A stretch of 60,012 bases of DNA, counting the filler, from Dugesia japonica (Eukaryota): NCBI GenBank assembly GCA_001938525.1. It is 5 parts of 5 records of this genome, joined end to end, with 100 filler letters (N's around TTAATTAATTAA, not from the genome) between each part and the next. Parts side by side here need not be neighbours in the genome. Positions count along the whole stretch, not along the records: positions 10,594 to 21,168 come from MQRL01599034.1; positions 21,269 to 31,029 come from MQRL01575522.1; 3 more parts are not named here. The stretch is one strand, 5' to 3'. The translations under genes were made by a program, and so were the position numbers. The notes beneath the pieces were generated by a model. The model ran no database searches, had not been told where the DNA came from, and worked only from the letters and a program-made list of their open reading frames with translations. Below, piece by piece: positions 10,594-22,680 of the stretch; positions within the stretch are counted from its first letter, which is position 1; every line of letters starts with the position of its first letter.

Positions 10594-11530
10594 TTATGAT
10601 TTTACGGAATATCTAATTTGTGAATGATTTCGCAGAATATGTAATTTGTTTATTGTTCTGCAAAATATGCAATTTGTTAATGATTCTACAAAATATGTAA
10701 TTTGCTAATGATTTCACAGAATATGTTATTTGTTAATGATTTCACTGAATATGTTATTTGTTAATGATTCCACAGAATATGTTATTTGTTAATGATTCTA
10801 CAGAATATGTAATGTAATAATGATTCCACAGAATATGTAGTTAGGTTAGTGATTTCTCAGAATATGTAATTTGTTATTGATAACATAGAATATGTAGTTT
10901 GTTAACGACTTTGCAGAATATTTAATTTGTTAAGGATTTTAAAAAATATCTAATTTGTTAATGATTCCATAGAATATCTAATTTGTTAATGATTTCACAG
11001 TATAATTTATTTGGTAATGACTCCACACAATTTGTAATTTGTTTATGATTCCATAGAATATGTTGTTTGTTAATTATTCTTTAGAATATGTGATTTGTTA
11101 ATGATTCCACAGAATATGTAATTTGTTAATGGTTCCACAGAATATGTAATTTGTTAATGGTTCCACAGAATATGTAATTTTTCAATGATTCCTCATAATA
11201 TGTAATTTGTTATTGATTTAACAGAAGATTTATTTTGTTAATGATTCTACAGAATATGTTATTTGTTAATGATTCCACAGAAAAATAAATTTGTAAATGA
11301 TTCCATAGATTATGTATTTTGTTTATGATTCCACAGAAAAATAAAATTGGTTAATGAGTAGGGGGATAGTAGCACACGGGCCCCACTCACATAGCGCTGG
11401 GTGGAGGGGGTGTTTCCGAGCCCCGGGGGGGGGTTCCGCCCAGCGCTATGTGAGTGGGGCCCGTGTGCTACTATTCCCCTACTTTAATGATTCCATAGAT
11501 TATGTATTTTGTTCATGATTCCACTGAATA
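10594..11530. repeat. 28-bp minisatellite, consensus GATTCCACAGAATATGTAATTTGTTAAT, roughly 30 copies
   Basis: For example, units start at 11103, 11131 and 11159. Confidence 0.95.
11357..11483. mobile_element. 127-bp GC-rich mini element with ~49-bp TIRs (AGTAGGGG...CCCCTACT) and 6-bp TSD TTAATG; Polinton-type ends
   Basis: Near-perfect inverted repeat. TTAATG at 11351-11356 and 11484-11489. Confidence 0.85.
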
Positions 11531-11919
11531 ATTTTTTTTAGTTTTCATTTAATAAAATTAACCGTATAATAACTAACACTTTTATTTTTTTTATTATGTC
11601 TTCATATACTTTTCAAAAGTATACTAATTAACTAAAATTTATTGTATTTCATGGGTTTTTTATTTATTAAAGTGTTCCTTCGAGCCATTGAATAATTTTT
11701 AAAGCGACTCTTCCTTGGTACTTTTTTAAAGTTTAGGAACGCTGATTTAAAAACCAATCAATGGGTACGTTCAACAATAAATCTCGCAATAATTCTTGTA
11801 ATTGTAAGAATATTCATTTATTAAAGTAATATTTTAATGTTTGCATTCTACTAGTTACTTTAGCAAAATATTGTTTAATATATTTTAATAGTTTGTGAAA
11901 AATATAACAATTATCTTAC

Positions 11920-12918
11920 CAATGCAAATTAATCGTTTTTCTATTTCTTTATATCTACAAACGCATTCATCTACATACCATTGTAGATGAGTTTCATATC
12001 TAGCTTTAATGCAGAAATTTAATTTACAATTAATTTTAGACGATGAACAATAATAAGTACGACTGTATAAAATTTCTTTTTTGAAACAATTTACAATCGG
12101 ACTCATAGTTATGTCAATTGTCCAATAAATATTATTTAATCTACATTTTGGAGAGTGTTTTTCAACAATAATACAATTGTTTCTACAATATTTTTTGATC
12201 TTTACATGTACTGGTTTGTAGCATGGACACCGAAATCTGTTTTCTTCTATTCTTTCTATACATATGCAGTTGATTGCAGTGGTTATTTTGCTCGTTATTA
12301 TGCACCATCCATCAGGAGTTGTTTCTCTTTCATTCATTGTAAAGTTTAAAGTTTTGTGACATCCAGAAACAATTGAAACGGATTCATCGATTCTTTTATG
12401 ACAGACATTTTTTGGTTTATCGATTTTAAAAGTAACTTTTCTTATTTTAATATAGATGTTCTTGAAACATGATTTTTTAACAAATGATTTACGACAACGA
12501 CATATTTTGTATTGTTTTTTAATAACAACTGGTGTACATTGCTTTGTTCTGTAATCGAGTTGTAATGTATATGTTGTGATAAGTTGATAATATCCTCGTC
12601 TTTTCTTACATGGCCCGATTTCAGTCCAAACAGAATTTTTTTTACGACCACAACATACCTTGTGCCGTTTAAATACTTGTTTGACACATTGACAACCTTG
12701 TCGTTTCAGACAGAACATTTCAATTGTTTGAGTATTTTGTATACATTTCCCGTATCTCCTTTCACAAATTCGACCGTCNCAATTAATTGGTGTATAAGTA
12801 ATTGATCTTTTTTCAGGACAACGATGTCTCACTAAATAATAGTTATACATGATGTTAATCAATCTACCATGTTCTTTGTCACACTTTTGTTCTTTACGTG
12901 GTCGCAAATGGCTACAAT
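11920..12918 (-). CDS. Exon (999 bp, phase 1-1) of a large Lys/Arg- and Cys-rich repeat protein
   Basis: Open frame with repeated CxC/CP motifs. TTTCAG acceptor and GTAAGA donor; length divisible by 3. Confidence 0.85.
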
Positions 12919-12964
12919 CTGAAATTATTTACTTATAATGTTAATAACTTTAAATAACGCAAAC

Positions 12965-13228
12965 CATTAAATAAACCAAAATCTGTAAAATTATGTAGTC
13001 TGTAGCATTCACAATCTTTGATAGCAGTATAATAATACACTATTTTAAAGGAAAATGGACTTGTATTTATTCGATCTTGAAGTTTCAAATGAGAACAATC
13101 AACTGTAAATCTCGATTCTCTGCGAACTGAATAACATTTGAAATTTACAAGCTGGAAATTTGTTGTATTAACAACTCTAGTATTGTGGTTTACACAACGT
13201 TTAGAAATGATTGGTTTTTGGCAGCATT
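12965..13228 (-). CDS. Exon (264 bp, phase 1-1) of the same Cys-rich gene, missed by the ORF track
   Basis: CCQKPIISKRCVNHNTRVVNTTNFQLVNFKCYSVRRESRFTVDCSHL...KDCECYRL. TTTAG acceptor and a 46-bp GT..AG intron to the next exon. Confidence 0.8.
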
Positions 13229-13589
13229 CTAAATTAAAATGTAAAGACTATGAAAATTCAATTTTATTAATTAATCAAATAAAATTATAATACAAATTTA
13301 TTTCTGGTGTTATCACGACAAAATAAGTATTTGAAATACAGAAGTAGTGTCTTTAATGACCGATAAAGAGATTACAAACCAATACTAAATATATTATTTT
13401 CTAGTAAAAATTCCTCAAAGCTTTAAATTTGGTTTAAAACAAAATGTTGAACATATCCATACTTTATTTGTTGTCTTTACTTAGATAAACAGCGTTTAAT
13501 TAATACAAATTTGTTAGTTAAATTACATATTTTAATTAAGTAATTGTATTTCTAAGTGCTTAATAATGTGCTAGATTGAATAACGCAAA

Positions 13590-14760
13590 TACTTGGGGGT
13601 CCTATAAGTCTTTTTGTATTTTTATTCAATAAATACATATTAAATAAAAGAAGAAAAAATAAATATTATGTCTCAAAATAAAGACCATTTGGATTAATGG
13701 TTTGAATCCATCCATCGCCAAGTTGCTGGATCCAGCGTTTATACCAGTCTTTGATTTTGGAGCTGAAAATTTCTTGGCACCTCTTTTGTACCTCATCCAA
13801 ATTATTGAAATATCGTTCTCGCAGAAAATGTGTCATAGACCGGAAAAGAAGATTGCCTGGTGGCGCGAGATTTATGCTGTATGTTGAATGTGGTAAAAGT
13901 TCAAAGGCATCCAGCTCCTTTATTTTTTACATTGTTTTCCTGGCAGTGTGCGGTTTAGCGTTATCGTGCTGTATAAGTATTCTCATTTGGTTTATTAATG
14001 CTGGATAATTTTGCTTTAATTTTGTGTACATCTCATCCAGTTGAGAGCAGTAAAAGTCTGCGTCAATGGCCACATTGTTTTCAAGAAGTTCGAAGTGAAT
14101 TACACCTTCAAAATTCCACCAAATGCACAGTACTACTTTTTAAGAGAACCGATCTCTCTTTGGCACCTAATTTAGTAATTGCCTAGGGCCAAGCCATTGA
14201 TTATGTCTTTTAGGGTTATCTAAGTAGACCCAATTTCTATCCAAAGTCACAATCAGGTGTATAAAACGAGCATCAGAAGAATTTAAAATCAGGTTTTGAC
14301 ATGTTTTCAAACGTTGTTTTATTTGATTTTCTGTCAATTCGTGTGGAATTTGTTGACAGCATCTGTTCACCTTGCCCATTGAACGAAGATGTCTAAAAAC
14401 TGATATCTTTGAAATACCGAGTTCATGAGATAATCTTCGATTGGTGGTCGATGAATTAATCTCCGTTCGAAAAATACATTCGAAATCCGTTGTTATAGAT
14501 CTGCCGGGTCGTGCTTGATCTTGAAGGTGATCCTGACCCAGATTAAATTTTTTGAACCAATTTTGAGCAACAGGAATAAAAACAAAGTCTTCACTTTCTA
14601 CCTAAAATATTTTCTAAGCCGCTTGAATTGCATTGACGTTTTATTCCAATAATGTAAATACATAACTAAATAAATAAAACCTTTCAAATAAATGGTAATT
14701 TAACAAATCAAAACAAATAACGAAACTAGTCATAATTGTACATTACAAAATGAGTTTATA
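13590..14760 (-). mobile_element. Mariner transposon remnant within an intron
   Basis: WFKKF..QDQARPGR, IPHELT (WVPHEL-like), IVTLDRNWV, LIQHDNAKPH and a decayed YSPDLAP. Boundaries approximate. Confidence 0.85.
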
Positions 14761-14854
14761 TATTACAATTAATGCGTTCATTGAGTAAATTTATACATTC
14801 ATTAATTTAATCAGTAAGAGTGTGCACATAAATTTAACAATAAATTTATTAGAT

Positions 14855-15365
14855 CAAAGTTTTTTAACCTGTGGTCTGCCGACTTCAATTTAAAATTTCA
14901 TTCGTAAAATTCAAAATATTTGATTAGATTAAAATCACAGGGAGAACGCTGGTATTGAAATCTAACCATTGATTGTAAAATGAATTGTGAAAGCTATAGA
15001 TCCATTAGCTAATGTAATCTTTGCGAAGTTAGACTCTCCACAGTAGTGAAGTAAAAACAAAAAATCAAAATTGTTTGAACTTTGAGCTTGATATGCACGT
15101 TGCTTTGTTGAAAACAAACTTTCAATTCAAATAATTAATTACGGAAATGAAGCAATAGCTTTGACATTAATAAATGTGTATGTATTTTAAAAACTAATCA
15201 ATAAATTATTGAATGACCATTAAAATTAAATAATAAAATTAAATATTTTATAATAATTGATGTCTTTGAAATTTCCTTTTTCGTTTTACATATTGAAAGA
15301 GGGGGTCCGTGACTCCCAAAAAATTATAACAAAGGCCCATTTAACAAAAAGGTTAAGAAACATTG
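14855..15365. mobile_element. Non-autonomous hAT (Charlie-like) element
   Basis: TIRs CAAAGTTTTTTAACCT / AGGTTAAGAAACATTG. 8-bp TSD TATTAGAT / CATTAGAT. Confidence 0.7.
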
Positions 15366-16910
15366 CATTAGATAGTATACTCATTCTATGCAAAAATTTA
15401 GTTAAAATTTAAAAGTTATTTTATACTTTATTTAGTAATTATATATAATTTGAAAATGTGTGTTGGTCATTCCAGAATAAATGTTTTACAATGAAAGCTG
15501 AACCATCGAATAATCGGTGATATTGTAATGTAATATATAGCATACAATAATTTAACATTAGAAGTCAAAATAAAAAAATAAAATTTGACAAAAAAGGTGG
15601 TTTTCAATGAAATTTTTAACTGATTTTCTTGTTGTTTTTTAATTTGATAATTTCTTTAAAAATATATTAAAAATATAAATTTTTTGTTTTTAAATATAAA
15701 CTTTTTTATTTACTACTTTTTAAAATAGGTTATATTGTGCTAATATATATCAAATATAAAACATAATTAATTCAAAATATTCTAAAAGAAAGAAAATTAC
15801 AGAAATAAACTCCCCTATGAAATAATTAAAATTATAATAACCCTATTGTTTTCATAATTTCATTAAATATGAAATAAGACTTGATTTTTTTTTCAATACC
15901 TTATTGGTAAACTCAGTCATTAATATTTTAAATTTTAGGTCAAAGAGAGGACCATTTGAGTCACAAATAACAAAACGCTGCATAAACTTTTTCGGAATTA
16001 TATAAAACGTCCCATCTTAACAAACAGATTCACAATTTAGAATGTCATCGACCATATAAGGAAATAATTATTATTTAATAATTTTAGCCAATAAAAAGTG
16101 ATTGATTTAATATTAAGATTTAATCAATACTATTCAATTATAATTATCTTATCAAGTATGTGTGAGGATGTACCTAACATGTTGGCAGCAGTAAATACCG
16201 ATTCTATTACAGATAGGTTATTGCCGAAAATGATAAGATATTTGTAGATAAAAAAAGTGTGACGCTATTTCACGATTTGTAGACTGACAAACTTCATCAA
16301 ATATTTTACTGTTTGTTTTTGAACTTTTTTTAGGCTATTTTAAGCTTGTTTCTTAAGTTCATCAGCTGTAATTCATGTTTTTAAGGTTCATGATTATGAT
16401 TGATTTTTATATTATCCAAATTTTATTTTTTGATTTTAGAGAGAAATACAAAGCTGGCACATTACGCTAATTTAGTAGATTGGTGATTTTATCTGATAAG
16501 ATAAAAAGGAATCAGACTTCAAATGTTTTGATTATTTCCTGTGTCCGTCGATTAAATTGTATGAGGTGGAACTAGTTCTTTCTGTTTTTTTAAAAAAACT
16601 AATCTTACCAAAATAAAATGTTAATTAAAAATAAATTAAACATTACTTCTAATTTATTTAATATTTAAAATGAAAAACAAAATCGCATCAACCTATTTAC
16701 AAAAGATGATTTTTAGTAAAAGCAGAAATTAAAATATTAATCAAAAGTTTTATCAAGCTCTTCAAAATTTGTACCATTTATATCCCTCAAATTTTGGTAA
16801 ACGTCATTACGTTTAAATAAGTATATTTTTAGAAAATACATGGAAATAAAGTTTTTATAAACTTTAATAAAACATAAGAATATTAATGACGATTTATTAT
16901 TTATTATTAA

Positions 16911-17108
16911 CCCTTATCCGGTCAGGTTCTTTTAGCTACATAAAAGGTTTGCATGTGTCCGACTGACAAAATTTAGAACTTTGCCTAACATAGCGCATGT
17001 TTGTAGGTGAATTTGTGTGTACAGGTAAAGAAAATAATAAATTAATTCTAATTGAATATTGGTATCTAATAGAATGGGTCCAACAGATGCACTTCAACTG
17101 GATAAGGA
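16911..17108. mobile_element. piggyBac-type MITE
   Basis: TTAA-CCCTTATCCGGT ... ACTGGATAAGGA-TTAA. Confidence 0.7.
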
Positions 17109-17357
17109 TTAATTTATTCTTAATTAACAGGGGAAATTATTTTCAGGGTCAAACTATGCCCAAACCCTGATATTATTTGTAAGCTAACAATAATTCCAGT
17201 AATTTATCAACAATTTATTAGCATATTGATGATTTAAAAAATGTTTAAAAAAATGTTATCTTGTGTTATAAGTGCTATTATAAGATATCCACAATTTTAT
17301 TTGCATTTGTGATATTAATTTTAATTATTCATTAGAATTATTAAATTAATTTCTTAC

Positions 17358-17732
17358 TATAATGAAGAATTTCTTTTCTCACAAATCTATCAACACATCG
17401 ACAATTTGAAACAATTTTTCTAAAATATGATCTGGAAAAATCGCATTCATTAATTTTTTTATCTTTAAATGTTTCATATTTTGGACAGAATATTGGTGTA
17501 AATGTTATTTGTGGTCGCTTAGGAACACAAATGTGACCGGATAATTCATAACCAATGTGAGTGGTTCTCCACATTTCAGTAATACATTTGGTGACATCAC
17601 TTATTTTCTTTTGGATATATTCTTTTATCACTTTTACACAACGACATTGCACTGATTTATAGGAAATTATTCTGTACCTGATAACTCTTCCTTTACAATC
17701 ACCAATCACTCTTTTCACAGGTTTTGGACATT
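17358..17732 (-). CDS. Exon (375 bp, phase 1-1) of the same Cys-rich gene
   Basis: CPKPVKRVIGDCKGR...CRCV...FCPK...CRCV. TTAAG acceptor and GTAAGA donor. Confidence 0.82.
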
Positions 17733-17756
17733 CTTAAATTATTAATTAATTAATTA

Positions 17757-17757
17757 A

Positions 17758-17814
<57 letters not shown>

Positions 17815-17873
17815 NNNNNNNNNNNNNNNNNNNNNNNNNNNNNNNNNNNNNNNNNNNNNNNNNNNNNNNNNNN

Positions 17874-17940
<67 letters not shown>
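17757..17940. repeat. (ATT)n microsatellite with gap
   Basis: Direct reading. Confidence 0.95.
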
Positions 17941-17944
<4 letters not shown>

Positions 17945-17999
17945 TCTAATTATGGAATAATTACCATTCCGTATGCCTGGAAAATGCATTTTATTTCTA

Positions 18000-18140
18000 A
18001 TTATAATTTGGTATTTCCTGAAGAAACTGAAGTGAATCTTCACCAAAAAGGAAATAATTTATATTCTTTAAAAAATACAAAGGAATATAAAATGATCAAA
18101 GCTGATCAAGGACAGAGTATTGTTGTATGGTTGCAGTATG
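18000..18140 (+). pseudogene. Penelope-like reverse transcriptase fragment
   Basis: NL....LYSLKN..EYKMIKADQGQSIVVW resembles the PLE KADKG..VV motif. Confidence 0.5.
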
Positions 18141-19849
18141 TAGATATTGGTGCTCTGCATCCCAGACAACCAAGCAGATTTATAGCAAATTTAGAAATTA
18201 GATTCGTTTAAAATTTTTATTTTTGTTTTAATTAGCTTATTTTTTGAAATTGTTTTTAAATTTGATTTGTGAATGGAAAGATACATTTTTCATCCAACAA
18301 ATTTGTAATCTTGAGACGAGGAATAAGATTTCTGACATTTCTAACTAGTTAAACATCAAGTCAAATTTAACAGAAAAACTATTAAAGATTGTTAAATTAA
18401 AAATAATGTAGTGGTCAATTAAAAAGATATTAATTTGAAATTAAATCTCCAAAGTGACTTAAGTTGATTAAGTTAGCTATGAGGAGTTATAACACTGATC
18501 CGCTAAACATGGGAAATAAGAATAGTGGCAGAAAAAGTAAAAAGATAATTTAAGCGAAATGGAACATCAAAAGCCTAGAAGCCCAACAACATAATGACAT
18601 TTGAATATTAACTATTAAAATTTATTAGTAAATTTATTAGTAAATAATTTTTGCATACTGAATTTTGTGTGATGGACTATAAATTTAAAGTGTTTTAACA
18701 TGAATTATGCAAATATGAGAAATTTAAATGAATTTTTTGCAAATAATAATATCACAACTTTAAATGATTTATATGCAAATAATATGGAAGTTTCATTTTA
18801 AATTTAAAGTTAATGTAATGTTTTCTTTTGAATTTATCTTAGTTAATTTCAATGTAATTAGTTTAATAATGATTTAAGAATTCTATTTTGATAATTTTGA
18901 TTTCGATTTAATAATTTACTATTTTAACAAGTTTAATTTGATTTAATTTATTGACTTAGAATTTTATTTTAATGTAAAAGTTTAAAATAAGTTTCAAACT
19001 TGGAAACTTTAATTAAATTGCAATATTTTAAATGAGCCAATAACAAATAATTTGACAATATAGTAATGATTTTAAAGTTATTTGAAATTTAAGTTAAATA
19101 AATGTCAAAATATCATACTTTAAAATTTAACTCCTAATAAATAAGACCCTGATCCAATCAAGTCAATGTAAATTAGTGAATTTATTTTTTTTTGAATTTA
19201 TTATTTAGTAATCAAATGAAGAAACCACTCAAATCCTGCAGTAATTTCACTAAGATTGTATATAATGTGAAAAAATATTTTTATTATGATTGGTCTTTTA
19301 AATATTTTTCGATATTATTATTATTGTAAATAATTTTTGGAGGAAGACACTAATNNAGACACTAATAATTAATCTGAATGTCCGCATGACTAGCTTATTA
19401 TCTAAGGGAGCAGCAACCTATCCTGAGGAGCAATTAGATTTTAATGTTAGCATTGCCCGGAGAGCAGTCAATGTTAATATCATCCGGAAATCAACTAATA
19501 TTTTGCCTGAGTGCAAATAGATTTTAATAATAATATCCGGGGAAAATTCACTTTACTATTTAAAATTTTGTTTAACTTAAACAGAAAAAGCTTTCCTACA
19601 GATTTTCTATGATTAAAAAAATTATTAATTTTACTTAATTTAAACAAGAGTCATGAAATTCACTTAATTTAAACAAAAAGTTGAATTTCCGAGGGTTACG
19701 TAATAGTTGCATAACGTTAATTTGATGGGTTTATCGAAGCACATAAATTACTTAATAAACTACATAAATTTATATTACAATTTGTCTTCATTACGCAATT
19801 TACTAAACTGTTATTGCTTGGCGAAGGGAAGGATGAGGTTTGGTACAGT

Positions 19850-20560
19850 GCGCTTTTATCTATTTATTATCATCTTTATTTTAATCAAAATTTTACAAAA
19901 TATATTGGCATATAAGTTCAGGTGATGAAAATAAGTTTGCAAAATCAGAATTTTGTAATATGAAAATAAAAATTCTAAAAAGATTCAATACAAATTAAAG
20001 CAAGAGATTGAAAAAAGGTGATGTTATTATAATAGTTGATATGTTTCAGGAGGCCGACCAGGATATGGACTATAATAATTTATTTACAAACATATCGAAA
20101 CATTGTAATGTGACCGTAATAATTCATTTTTCAAAATCTATTTCATCAAGGAAGTATTCATCGATCGCGTAATTTAAGTGTATAATACGTGATTATTTTT
20201 AAAATTCCGAGAAAATAAAACAGTTTTTTACCTAGACAGGCGTAGCCTAATAACATACAATTTCTCAAAAATTCATTTCAAGATGCAACAGTAAGTCCGA
20301 ATGGTTATCCTTTTCTCGAACTTAAATAAAATGTTTAACATTTAAAAAGTTATTTACGCGAGATTATCATAAATGTTGTTCAGCTTAATTTAAATGTAAG
20401 TAACGCTCAAAAGAAAGCATTACAAAGACAAAAAGATCATTATTATTGCTTGTAAATACCAATAATAACCGATTAATGAGAAAGATAATGTGTAAACAAA
20501 GTGGTGGCTTTATAGCTGCATTAGTATTAATTGCATTAAACACATTAAACCATTTGTGGT
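19850..20560 (+). pseudogene. Polinton fragment: decayed packaging ATPase followed by a small basic gene with QSGGF
   Basis: GDVIIIVDMFQEA..NLFT.ISKH.NVTV, QNLFHQG, HRSRNL..YVIIFKIPR, then MCKQSGGFIAALV. Confidence 0.7.
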
Positions 20561-21268
20561 TTACATACAATACCTAATTTTGATTTTGCAAAGGGCAAAC
20601 TCAAGACGATATGGTTGGATGCATTTTAACTAATTAACATTTGTGTATAACTGTATGTGGTATGTATATATTTTTGAAATTAGTACAGCGCATAGTACTT
20701 TGATCTTTGTATATAAAAACAATTATAAAACTTAAGGAAATTATGGTTTACTCAAGAAATCTATGTGTATGGTTTATTGAAACTGATAATTCATCATCAA
20801 ATGCAACAAATATATTTCAGATACATATTTTAACATCCTTTCGAAATATTGTTTATTAATATTGAAATTATTGATTAATTAATTATTTTAGTAATTATTA
20901 AATAATTATGGGATATAATCATAATTTATTTTTCAAAAACCATTACATTCCAAACCAAAATGTTCGTCTAAACTTTGTAAAAATGTTATGAATAATAATA
21001 ATTAGGTTTATATTATATATGTTTATGTTAAATTTAATATAAATCTAATTAAATAATTATCTTAATTCTTGAAAGTTTTCTGTAAATAATTATTATTTTA
21101 TTATTAATTATTTTCTAATGATTAAAGTTAAGAAAAATATAAACTTACTTAGGTCTACACTTGTTTCTNNNNNNNNNNNNNNNNNNNNNNNNNNNNNNNN
21201 NNNNNNNNNNNNTTAATTAATTAANNNNNNNNNNNNNNNNNNNNNNNNNNNNNNNNNNNNNNNNNNNN

Positions 21269-21720
21269 ATCAATAATTTTCTTTGTAGCATATCCTGTAG
21301 CAGCACCAACTGCACCGGTTGCAGCCGCTTTACCCAACAAACATAGAATTTGTAAAAGTGCAGCCCACACAAATCTATTTCTATTTTGTACATAATAAAC
21401 TTTTTTTTGCCCTTCTTTTTGATTTCATTTTGTATAGAAAAATATATTTCATTCGTTTCTTTGGTGCAAAATTCATTGCTTTTGCCATATCTACAAGAGC
21501 TTCTTGATACTTTTTCAATCGATATTTTCTACTACTCCAACTAACCTAGACTCGACTCAAAACAATTTGTTGCAAAACACTAATGAAATCATTCAATACA
21601 AATGACAGCATTAAATGCATGATTTGCCATAGAGAATTTGATGGAGCCTTTAAAATTACCTTAAAGTATTGAATACTTCGTGAAAATCGTCTCAAACTAC
21701 CAGCAAAACCACTATTTTGT
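21269..21720 (-). pseudogene. Polinton small basic protein (putative core/pX-like) with FVWAALL..LLGKAAATGAVGAA tail
   Basis: Highly similar to 52690-53150 and adjacent to the ATPase. Confidence 0.6.
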
Positions 21721-21783
21721 TTAATGACAACTTTTTAAAATAGATTCATTTCTTGTTTTGTTTTTAATAAGTATTATTTTTGT

Positions 21784-22417
21784 TTATACCAAAGGTTTGT
21801 AAACTGTTATTCCTCCCAAATTGAATATATCGGTTTTTACTTGTTTATCATTAGGACATTGTTGCTTAAAATCAATAAATAAATATCCATGTGCCTTTGT
21901 AGTAACATCGCAAATTGCATCTGATAAAAAGTCTGTATTGTGAGGAAAGGCTTGAAGAGAAAAATAATCAATCACAGTTTGATCTCGTGGATTTTTGAAT
22001 AAAACCAAATAATGCACATGCAAATTACGTGTACGATGCATGTTAGATGACAGTTACATTACCATGACGAGCAGTTTTTGTAAAGAAATTATTTAAATCA
22101 GCCTGCTTATTTGCCTCTTGAAACAAGTCATTAATTACAATAACATCCCAAGTATTTAATCACTTTAACCAATCATCATCGAATCCATCAATTATTGTAA
22201 TCTTTCTCAACTTGCAAAATACACCATTAGTCAAGCCAGCTACCACCTCTATAAATTTATTTTATTATTTTACAATTTCACAATGAACTTTGAAAAAAAA
22301 TGAACTGGAACGTCAATCAATCGTTCGAACATTTAAAAATCACCATTTTCATTTGCTGGATAAACCGATTATTGCAAATACCGAAGACAATGTAGAAATT
22401 GAAAAATCAGAAAACAT
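21784..22417 (-). pseudogene. A32/FtsK-like packaging ATPase
   Basis: HRTRNLHVHYLVLFKNPRDQ..HGYLFIDF..KTDIF, with a degenerate Walker A near 22350 and Walker B-like VIVINDLFQEA. Confidence 0.85.
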
Positions 22418-22431
22418 GTATCTAATAAAAA

Positions 22432-22680
22432 TATGAGTAGAGGCAATCTCGAGAAAATGAGGCAAGCAATGAAATAGTTGGATGATGATTTAGAGTTTAA
22501 AGAATCTTTACATATCTGGTCAAAAAATAACAATTGTGGATGTTATAGATAGAAAATTAGAAAATATGCCGAAATCTATAGTGTCGACTTGAAATTGCTC
22601 AGAATGGTTTTACACAAAATAACTATGATGATGACATGGTTCTATTGTGAAATATCAAACAAACAATGTATAAATATCAA
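22432..22680 (+). pseudogene. Conserved small Polinton gene, divergently oriented from the ATPase
   Basis: Aligns with 54082-54340 (MRQxMKQLDxDLxF..KxLYxxGxKITIxDVI.RKL). Confidence 0.55.

Noticed and set aside
10594-11530. 28-bp periodic array as a CRISPR
   Set aside because: Head-to-tail units with no unique spacers, no cas genes and a eukaryotic context: a minisatellite.
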